Shown here in pieces: positions 27,152 to 33,642 of a stretch of DNA of 64,000 nt. The notes beneath the pieces are model-generated. The model did no database searches. It saw only the letters and a program-made list of their open reading frames with translations, and was not told the origin of the DNA. Made by a program: the position numbers and the translations under genes. Position 1 is the stretch's first letter; each line of letters starts with the position of its first letter. The stretch comes from an uncultured Christensenella sp. (GTDB taxonomy: Bacteria; Bacillota; Clostridia; Christensenellales; UBA1242): NCBI GenBank assembly GCA_964630515.1, contig CAZVVP010000001.1:1139-65138 (forward strand), given 5' to 3'.

Positions 27152-28003
27152 ATGAAAAGATTTAATAGAGAGAATTTTACAATAGCAGGGGCAACATTTA
27201 ATACAAAGAATGGTCTTATTACATTAGCTATTTCTGTAGCTTGCTTGGCTTTATTTGTTGCTTTGGAATTGTTTGGTGTAAACTTTAGCTGGTATGGACT
27301 CTTAATGGGGGTAAGCTTCTTACTTGCGATTGCTTTTAGTTGTAAATATTGCGCATATAGAGACTTGGATAGTAATTTACCATATGATTTAATTTGGTTT
27401 ATTTTTCCTTTAAGTTTAATTGGTGCTAGATTATATTTCTGTATATTTAATGGAACAATGGACTCATTTTTTGATTTTTCAGGTGGTGGGCTTGCTGTAT
27501 ATGGCGGAATTATAGGCGGTGCTATTGGTCTTATTATTTGCTGTTTGATTAAAAAAGTAAATATTCTTAAAACAATGGATATTGTCGCTCCAGTGTTGAT
27601 TCTTGGTCAAGGAATAGGAAGAATAGGTTGTTATACAGCTGGGTGTTGCTATGGCTTGGAAGTGGAGAGTGCTTCTTTACAATGGTTTCCTATTAGCTAT
27701 TTTGTATCAGGAGAATGGCATTTGGCAACATTCTTCTATGAATTTGTGTTATGTATAATTGGATTCTTTGTTCTTGCATATTTACTTCGTAAGTTCAAAG
27801 CTACAGGACTTATTACTTGTTCTTATTTATTCTTCTATGGTATTGTAAGATACTTTACAGAGAGTTTGCGTGATGTTAATGCACAATTGCAACTATCTAA
27901 CGGAACTCCAGTATCTTTGATTGTTAGTTTAATATTGCTTGTTTTGGGTACAATAGGTATTGTAATAATACTTTTAAAGGAAAGAAAAAAGAATAAAGTT
28001 TGA
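27152..28003 (+). CDS. lgt: prolipoprotein diacylglyceryl transferase
   Basis: Motifs are WYGLLMGVSFLLA, GARLYFCIFN, GGLAVYGGIIGGAIG and GQGIGRIGCYTAGCCYG, which are characteristic of Lgt. The track starts at TTG 27140, but I prefer ATG 27152. The start is uncertain. Confidence 0.9.
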   Translation: MKRFNRENFTIAGATFNTKNGLITLAISVACLALFVALELFGVNFSWYGLLMGVSFLLAIAFSCKYCAYRDLDSNLPYDLIWFIFPLSLIGARLYFCIFNGTMDSFFDFSGGGLAVYGGIIGGAIGLIICCLIKKVNILKTMDIVAPVLILGQGIGRIGCYTAGCCYGLEVESASLQWFPISYFVSGEWHLATFFYEFVLCIIGFFVLAYLLRKFKATGLITCSYLFFYGIVRYFTESLRDVNAQLQLSNGTPVSLIVSLILLVLGTIGIVIILLKERKKNKV

Positions 28004-28413
28004 AAAAAACCACCCTTCAAGGAATAATAAATCTTGTAACGCTGATTATATACATTTTGTATATTATATTGGTTGGCAAAATAGAGAAATTTGCTGACAA
28101 AATTTGGGCAGTATATGTGTTAGGATATTTTGGAATGCTAAGTGTGATTATGATTAGCAAATATGTTATCTATCGCAGGCCAATAATGATATACTTTGCG
28201 TGTATATTTGTTTCATATGTGATGCTTATATTGCTATTTATCAATAACTTCGAAAGCCTTATTTATGATAATTTTGGCTTATTTGTTATGATTTCTGGCA
28301 TTATTTCTATGTTTTTTTGGTTAAAAGGCAGAAGTTATATACATTTACGCTTTGGAATGTTTGCAATATTACTTGGGCTTGGGTTGGTTATATTATTTAA
28401 TTATGTTTTTTAG
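28000..28413 (+). CDS. small 4-TM membrane protein, unknown function
   Basis: The TTG start overlaps the lgt stop by 4 nt (TTGA), suggesting translational coupling. Four hydrophobic segments are present and no motif is recognised. Confidence 0.55.
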   Translation: MKKTTLQGIINLVTLIIYILYIILVGKIEKFADKIWAVYVLGYFGMLSVIMISKYVIYRRPIMIYFACIFVSYVMLILLFINNFESLIYDNFGLFVMISGIISMFFWLKGRSYIHLRFGMFAILLGLGLVILFNYVF

Positions 28414-28423
28414 TGAGTAGGTT

Positions 28424-29257
28424 ATGGCTAAATTTAATATTGAAAAAAGTGGTTATAGTATTAGCGAAGTAGATGAGTATATTGATTCGCTTACTTTGAA
28501 ATATGAGAAAAGATTGTCTGAGAATAAAGACAAACTTTATGCTTTGAAAAACGAAAATAACCTTCTAAGTACGACATTAACTGAGGCAAAATTAAGAGAA
28601 GAGGAGCTTTCTAAAGCTCTTGTGTTTGCAGTAGAAAAGTCAGAACAGATTGAGAAATCTTCTAAGAAACTTTATGAGTTGGAAGTGAGAAGAATGAGAC
28701 TTTTGTATGTAAGGTGGAAAGAAGTTCTTGACATGATGGATAGAGACACTTATAACGGCTTAAAAAATGGCAAATTTGCATTTAGTTTGCAGGATTTTGA
28801 AAAAGATTTACATAGTGTAATAGAACAAAATGAGTTTTATGATAATAAGCAAGGCGAAAACGCAACAATTAAGGATAATTTAAAAGAAAATAGCAGTAAT
28901 TATGTTAAGAATTTACTCAACAGAATGGATTATTTAGTTACAACCACTACCAATGCAGAGACCAAGAAAAAGGCTAAAAATAAAGCTGTAAAGAAGGTTA
29001 ACGAAAATATTAGCGAAGAGACAAAGAAAGAAAACACAAGACTTCTTAATATTAATAGAAGGTTTAATAATATTTCTGCCAGATTAGGGCTTGCCAGCGG
29101 AAGTGCAATGTTAGACGATAATATATCTGACGATAATGCTTATTATAGAAACATTACTAATAAAATTGATGAAGATGTATTTGATTTAGATGCAGTGTTA
29201 ACTCCTAAAGAGGATTTGGAAGAGATAATGAAAGCATTTGATGATATTAATTCTTAA
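28424..29257 (+). CDS. DivIVA-domain coiled-coil protein
   Basis: The N-terminus KFNIEKSGYSISEVDEYIDSLTLKYEKRLSENKDKLYALKNEN matches the DivIVA/GpsB signature (F...GY...EVD.fld). A coiled coil and a basic tail follow. Confidence 0.7.
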   Translation: MAKFNIEKSGYSISEVDEYIDSLTLKYEKRLSENKDKLYALKNENNLLSTTLTEAKLREEELSKALVFAVEKSEQIEKSSKKLYELEVRRMRLLYVRWKEVLDMMDRDTYNGLKNGKFAFSLQDFEKDLHSVIEQNEFYDNKQGENATIKDNLKENSSNYVKNLLNRMDYLVTTTTNAETKKKAKNKAVKKVNENISEETKKENTRLLNINRRFNNISARLGLASGSAMLDDNISDDNAYYRNITNKIDEDVFDLDAVLTPKEDLEEIMKAFDDINS

Positions 29258-29345
29258 AAAAAGTGTATTATTTATATTAAAAATATACAAAATACTTTAC
29301 AAATTAACTTTAAGTATGATATAATACCTATACTATTGAGATAAG

Positions 29346-29369
29346 AAAAGGTGTTGTCACCTTTTTTTG
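29346..29369 (+). terminator. rho-independent terminator
   Basis: aaaaggtg (29346-29353), loop ttgt, cacctttt (29358-29365), then a T-run. Confidence 0.65.
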
Positions 29370-29381
29370 TTACGAAATGTA

Positions 29382-29410
29382 TTGACATATTTGATATAAT
29401 ATGTTAAAAT
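29382..29410 (+). promoter_or_regulatory. sigma-A promoter of rpmG-secE-nusG-rplK-rplA
   Basis: TTGACA (29382-29387), 17-nt spacer, TAAAAT (29405-29410). Confidence 0.65.
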
Positions 29411-29457
29411 TTCAATCGGTAAAAAATTTTGTAATTAATTTGAAGGAGAACATAACA

Positions 29458-29607
29458 ATGAGAGAAACTATTACTTTAGAATGTACAGAGTGTAAGAATA
29501 GAAATTATACTTCTGAGAAGAATAAGAAAAATACTCCAGACAGAATCACTGTAAATAAGTATTGTAGTTTTTGTAAGAAACATACTGCTCATAAAGAAAC
29601 TAAGTAA
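29458..29607 (+). CDS. rpmG: 50S ribosomal protein L33 (bL33)
   Basis: [49 protein letters not shown] has the CxxC...CxxC motif and is 49 aa. SD gaaggag lies 8 nt upstream. The track's upstream ATG at 29401 lies inside the promoter. Confidence 0.93.
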   Translation: MRETITLECTECKNRNYTSEKNKKNTPDRITVNKYCSFCKKHTAHKETK

Positions 29608-29685
29608 TTGATATTTTTAGAAGTTTCTTTTGGTAAAAATACATGTTGAATATGTAATACCTAATAATCTTATAAGGAGTCTATA

Positions 29686-29994
29686 ATGGCTAAAAAAAAT
29701 AAAGACAACGCATTAGTTGAAGAACAAACAGAAAATACAACAAAGAATGAAAAAGTTAGCAAAGATTCAAAGAAAGACAAAGACAATAAGAAAGCAAAGA
29801 AAAACCAAAACAAGAAAGGTGTTAAGCAGAAATCTAAAGAGCTTTATAGTGAATTAAAGAAAGTTTCTTGGCCATCTTTTGGTAAAGTTGTCAAAACTAC
29901 AGGTGTTGTTTTGCTAGTTGTTGTTGTTTGTACTTTGATACTATTTGGTGCAGATAGATTGTTCTATTGGTTGTTTGGTTTGTTAATGGGTTAA
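29686..29994 (+). CDS. secE: preprotein translocase subunit SecE with long K-rich N-terminal extension
   Basis: The C-terminus ELKKVSWPSFGKVVKTTGVVLLVVVVCTLILFGADRLFYWLFG is typical single-TM SecE. Position between rpmG and nusG supports the call. Confidence 0.9.
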   Translation: MAKKNKDNALVEEQTENTTKNEKVSKDSKKDKDNKKAKKNQNKKGVKQKSKELYSELKKVSWPSFGKVVKTTGVVLLVVVVCTLILFGADRLFYWLFGLLMG

Positions 29995-30046
29995 GCTGTA
30001 AAAAATTTATAAAAGGACAAGAGAAATCTTGAGTATTTAAGTTATT

Positions 30047-30724
30047 ATGATAGAAGATAAGAATTTTGATACAGAGACAGTTGTAGAAGAAAAGGCACAA
30101 GATGTTGTAGAAGAGTCGATTCCTAGCGAAGAGGTTTCTACAGTGGAAGAAGAAACACTTAGTCCAGAAGAGCAAAAACGTCTTCAAGAGATTGAAGAAG
30201 CGAAAAAAGATGCTAAGTGGTATGTTCTTCATACTTTCTCAGGTTATGAGAATGTAGCAAAAGAAAACTTGGAGATTGTTATTGAGAAATATAATCTTCA
30301 ACTTCGTATCTTTGATATTGTTATTCCTTTGGAAGATGTAGTAGAAGAAAAGAATGGCAAGAGAAAGATAGTTACAAGAAAGTTAATGCCTGGATATATT
30401 CTTGTAAAGATGAATTATGGAGATGATATCTGGCACGCTGTAACAAGAACTAGAGGAATCACAGGTTTTGTTGGACCAAAGGGTAGACCTTTGCATTTGG
30501 GCGAAGATGAAATAAGAAAGATGCACCTAGAGAAAGTTGCAGTAGTTAATACTAACTTGAAAGAAGGCTCAAAAGTAGAGATTCTAGAAGGTGCACTTGG
30601 TGGCTTTATAGGAACTGTTACATCTATTGATGAAAGCAATAACAAATGTCGTGTTGTTGTTGAGATGTTTGGAAGAGAGACTCCAGTTGATGTTTCTCTT
30701 GACCAAGTTAAAGAGATTAATTAA
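30047..30724 (+). CDS. nusG: transcription termination/antitermination factor NusG with ~55-aa acidic N-terminal extension
   Basis: The NGN domain is KWYVLHTFSGYENVAKENLE...MPGYILVKM. The KOW domain is GSKVEILEGALGGFIGTVTSIDESNNKCRVVVEMFGRETPVDV. Confidence 0.93.
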   Translation: MIEDKNFDTETVVEEKAQDVVEESIPSEEVSTVEEETLSPEEQKRLQEIEEAKKDAKWYVLHTFSGYENVAKENLEIVIEKYNLQLRIFDIVIPLEDVVEEKNGKRKIVTRKLMPGYILVKMNYGDDIWHAVTRTRGITGFVGPKGRPLHLGEDEIRKMHLEKVAVVNTNLKEGSKVEILEGALGGFIGTVTSIDESNNKCRVVVEMFGRETPVDVSLDQVKEIN

Positions 30725-30732
30725 TCAAAATT

Positions 30733-30769
30733 GCCCTATTTGATTTTACTAATTTTTTGGAAATAGGGC
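30733..30769 (+). other. hairpin without U-tract between nusG and rplK (possible attenuator or processing site)
   Basis: gccctattt (30733-30741) pairs with aaatagggc (30761-30769), with a 19-nt loop. Only two T follow. Confidence 0.3.
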
Positions 30770-30857
30770 TTAAAAGCTAATAAAAAAGTTAGGAAATATT
30801 TTGGTTGTAACAACAAAGGTTGTGCAATATTATAGCCTAATATTTTAGGCAAAAAAT

Positions 30858-30900
30858 GTGGGAGAAATGTAAATCTATTAATGCATTTTGTTTATACCAC
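30858..30900 (+). promoter_or_regulatory. L1-binding-site-like structure in the rplK leader
   Basis: The structure is GTGG-GA-GAAATG...CATTTT...CCAC. Outer gtgg (30858-30861) pairs with ccac (30897-30900), and inner gaaatg pairs with catttt. The architecture and the GTGGGAGAA core are the same as at 31378. Confidence 0.4.
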
Positions 30901-30933
30901 TATATGCCACGAAAATGGCAGGAGGAAAACGCT

Positions 30934-31362
30934 ATGGCAGAGAAGAAAGTTAGTGCAGTAGTAAAACTACAATTACCAGCAGGTAAGGCAACAGCAGGTC
31001 CACCAGTAGGTTCAACACTTGGTCCTCATGGAATTAATATCCCAGCTTTCACTAAAGAATTTAATGAAAAGACAGCTAATCAAGCAGGATTAATTATTCC
31101 AGTTGTTATTACTATTTATCAAGATAGAAGTTTTACATTCATTCTTAAGACTCCACCAGTTGCTGTTCTTGTTATGAAAGCTCTTGGAATCGAAAAAGGT
31201 TCTAGCAATCCTAAGAAGAATAAAGTTGCAACTATTACTAAGGAGCAAGTAAGACAAATTGCTGAAACTAAAATGCCAGACCTTAACGCAAGTAGCATTG
31301 AGAGTGCTATGAGCATGGTTGAAGGTACTTGTAAGAGTATGGGCATTACTGTAACAGAATAA
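30934..31362 (+). CDS. rplK: 50S ribosomal protein L11 (uL11)
   Basis: [44 protein letters not shown] is canonical uL11. SD ggagga lies 8 nt upstream of ATG 30934. The track's 26-aa extension from 30856 is rejected. Confidence 0.95.
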   Translation: MAEKKVSAVVKLQLPAGKATAGPPVGSTLGPHGINIPAFTKEFNEKTANQAGLIIPVVITIYQDRSFTFILKTPPVAVLVMKALGIEKGSSNPKKNKVATITKEQVRQIAETKMPDLNASSIESAMSMVEGTCKSMGITVTE

Positions 31363-31377
31363 GATTACAAAATTTAA

Positions 31378-31421
31378 GTGGGAGAATAAAAAATCCATTT
31401 TAATTTTATTCGATTAACCAC
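31378..31421 (+). promoter_or_regulatory. L1-binding-site-like structure immediately before the rplA SD
   Basis: The structure is GTGG-GA-GAATAAAA...TTTTATTC-gattaa-CCAC. Outer gtgg (31378-31381) pairs with ccac (31418-31421). A perfect 8-bp inner stem pairs 31384-31391 with 31404-31411. The SD aaaagga follows directly. Confidence 0.45.
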
Positions 31422-31438
31422 AAAAGGAAATTGAAAAT

Positions 31439-32119
31439 ATGAAAAGAGGTAAAAGATATTTAGAAAGTGCAAATCTTGTAGACAAAACTAAATTGTATGC
31501 AGTAGATGAAGCACTAGACTTAGTAGAAAAAACTGCTAAGGCAAAGTTTGACGAAACAGTTGAACTTCATGTTAAATTAGGTGTTGATGGTAGAAATGCT
31601 GATCAACAAGTTAGAGGAGTTGTTGTACTTCCTAACGGAACAGGTAAGAGTATTAGAGTTTTGGCAATTGCTAAAGGTGATAATGCTACTATCGCAGAGA
31701 AAGCAGGTGCTGACTTTGTTGGTGCTGAAGAAATGATTGCAAAGATTCAAGGTGGTTGGTTAGATTTTGATGCAGTTGTAACAACTCCAGATATGATGCC
31801 AGCACTTGGTAGAGTTGCTAAAGTTTTAGGTCCTAAAGGTTTAATGCCAAACCCTAAGAGCGGAACTGTTACTACAGATATTAAGAGAGCTATTGATGAT
31901 ATCAAAGCTGGTAAAGTAGAATACAGACTTGACAAAACAAACATTATCCACGTAAGAATTGGTAAAGTTTCTTTTGGCAAAGACAAGCTAAGAGAGAACT
32001 TTGATGCTTTGATGGACGCAATTGTTAAGGCTAAACCAGCTGCTGCAAAAGGTACATACATTAAGAGTGTTGTAGCTAGTAGCACAATGGGTCCTGGAAT
32101 TAAAGTAGATTTCAGATAA
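31439..32119 (+). CDS. rplA: 50S ribosomal protein L1 (uL1)
   Basis: Typical uL1 segments are present: [64 protein letters not shown] and [15 protein letters not shown]. Confidence 0.96.
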   Translation: MKRGKRYLESANLVDKTKLYAVDEALDLVEKTAKAKFDETVELHVKLGVDGRNADQQVRGVVVLPNGTGKSIRVLAIAKGDNATIAEKAGADFVGAEEMIAKIQGGWLDFDAVVTTPDMMPALGRVAKVLGPKGLMPNPKSGTVTTDIKRAIDDIKAGKVEYRLDKTNIIHVRIGKVSFGKDKLRENFDALMDAIVKAKPAAAKGTYIKSVVASSTMGPGIKVDFR

Positions 32120-32213
32120 GAGAGAAGAAAGGCTATATTTTTAATCACTCAATTTTGAAACTAGTGTAATAATTAAGAGAATTAGATAATAAACAATCTA
32201 TTTCTCTTTTTTC

Positions 32214-32393
32214 TTGGCTACTTTATGCCGTGAAAGGTACTCGGGCATCAGAAGAAATGAAAACACAATCGAAAAAGGCTGAAAAACGACAAACAAAGTG
32301 TGTAAGCACAAAAATCGTTTCTCTGTCTTAACCAGCAAAAGAAAACTCATTTCAGAGACTCTTGTCAAGTGTGCCATGGAATAAAGTAGCCAA
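32214..32393 (+). ncRNA. ~180-nt structured RNA candidate (long irregular hairpin closed by a 13-bp stem), class unknown
   Basis: ttggctactttat (32214-32226) is the perfect complement of ataaagtagccaa (32381-32393). Further co-linear pairings are gccgtg/catgga, gaaatga (32254-32260) with tcatttc (32347-32353), gctg/cagc, and aaacga (32284-32289) with tcgttt (32315-32320). There is no terminator between rplA and this element. Confidence 0.3.
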
Positions 32394-32405
32394 TTTATAG
32401 AACAG

Positions 32406-32450
32406 CAAAAAGCGAAAGTGTGTTACGTTCACCAACACTTTCGCTTTTTG
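32406..32450 (+). terminator. strong hairpin, first terminator candidate after rplA and the structured element
   Basis: Perfect 16-bp stem caaaaagcgaaagtgt (32406-32421) with acactttcgctttttg (32435-32450). The A-tract and T-tract lie within the arms. Confidence 0.55.
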
Positions 32451-32469
32451 TCTGCTTTAATTTAGTTTA

Positions 32470-32531
32470 TAGGCGTGTGCTTGTCTGTTCGAGCGAAGCG
32501 AGAACACTTGTATATGACAAGCACACGCCTA
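32470..32531 (+). other. 62-nt nested hairpin with tandem G-A and GCGAAGC apex, no U-tract
   Basis: Perfect 16-bp outer stem taggcgtgtgcttgtc (32470-32485) with gacaagcacacgccta (32516-32531). The inner element is tgttc-ga-gc-gaa-gc-ga-gaaca, with a 9-nt 3' side bulge cttgtatat. Confidence 0.4.
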
Positions 32532-32630
32532 AGTGCCAATTGCAATTTTCTTCAAAAATTTTATAATTTTTATAGCAGAAAATATTTAGTATATGTTATA
32601 ATGTATTTGACAATATAAGGAGAATCATAA

Positions 32631-33440
32631 ATGAAAGCATATATTAGTGTAGATATGGAGGGACTTGCCTATGTTAATCATTGGGACGAGGTTGATAAGA
32701 AAAAGGAAGACCATAAGTATTTTGCAGAAGAGATGACGAAAGAGGTTGTGGCTGCTTGCGATGCAATCAATAATTTTGATAAAAATGCTGAAATTTGGGT
32801 AAGAGACGCACACTGGAAAGCAAGAAATATAATTCCCGACAGGTTGCCAGACAATGTTAGGTTAATTCGTGGCTGGGCAGAGACTCCTGAGAGTATGGTT
32901 GAGTGTATTAATCAATCCTTTGACTGTGCCATGTTTATTGGTTATCATATTGGCGCCCACTCAAATAAAAATCCTTTAAGCCATACAATAAATTCAGACG
33001 CAGTTTCATGGATAAAAATCAACGGAGAATTTGTGTCAGAATTTGATATTTATGGACTTGTTTGTTCATATTACAATGTTCCTGTTGTGTTTGTTTCTGG
33101 AGATGAGGCTCTTTGTGAACACATAAATAAAAATTATCCAACAATTAGCACTCTAAGCACAAATAGAGGACTTGGGAATGCAACTATTAGCCTTATTTCA
33201 TCAAACAAAATCAGCGAAGAAATAAATAACAAAATACAAAAGAGACTTAATGCTGGTTGTTTTCAAAAAATGGAAATTCCAAAAGAAATCACTATGCAAA
33301 TTCGTTTTAGCGAACACAAATATGCGTTTGCAATGAGTTATTATCCAAATGCAAAAGTAGTTGATGAATATACAATTTCTTTTAGTTCTAACAATTTTTA
33401 TGATGTATTGAAGTTTAAATATTTTGCTTTAAAATTTTAA
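32631..33440 (+). CDS. peptidase M55 family (D-aminopeptidase DppA-like)
   Basis: The N-terminus MKAYISVDMEGLAYVNHWDEV and the size (~270 aa) match the DppA/M55 family as I remember it. SD aaggaga precedes the start. Confidence 0.65.
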   Translation: MKAYISVDMEGLAYVNHWDEVDKKKEDHKYFAEEMTKEVVAACDAINNFDKNAEIWVRDAHWKARNIIPDRLPDNVRLIRGWAETPESMVECINQSFDCAMFIGYHIGAHSNKNPLSHTINSDAVSWIKINGEFVSEFDIYGLVCSYYNVPVVFVSGDEALCEHINKNYPTISTLSTNRGLGNATISLISSNKISEEINNKIQKRLNAGCFQKMEIPKEITMQIRFSEHKYAFAMSYYPNAKVVDEYTISFSSNNFYDVLKFKYFALKF

Positions 33441-33445
33441 AAAAT

Positions 33446-33488
33446 AAAAAACAACTTTATCAATAACGATAAAGTTGTTTTTTATTTC
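33446..33488 (+). terminator. rho-independent terminator
   Basis: aaaaaacaactttatc (33446-33461) pairs with gataaagttgtttttt (33468-33483). Confidence 0.75.
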
Positions 33489-33642
33489 ACTAGTTTCAAA
33501 AGTTAATAACCTTCGTATAGTCTTTTTTTTTGTAAATGGACATAATTCTACATATTTTTCAAATAATAAAAATAGGTTATGAAATTGCAAAAATATTTGT
33601 TATACTAAAGTTAAGAATAATATTTATTTGAGAAATGAAATA

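Noticed and set aside
29401-30933. Upstream-extended starts offered by the track for rpmG (29401) and rplK (30856).
   Set aside because: The extensions overlap promoter or leader sequence, add non-conserved residues before canonical N-termini (MRETITLEC..., MAEKKVSAV...), and the internal ATGs have proper SDs.
32257-32331. 24-codon ORF (MKTQSKKAEKRQTKCVSTKIVSLS) inside the structured region after rplA.
   Set aside because: It has no convincing SD, lies within predicted helices and resembles no small ribosomal or leader peptide that I know.
32214-32393. RNase P RNA, SRP RNA, tmRNA or a MITE as the identity of the 180-nt element.
   Set aside because: It is too short and lacks the conserved cores: no GAGGAAAGUCC-type CR-I, no SRP domain IV GGAA/AGCA motif, no tRNA-like ends. 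I saw no target-site duplication flanking the 13-bp inverted repeats. The class is left open.
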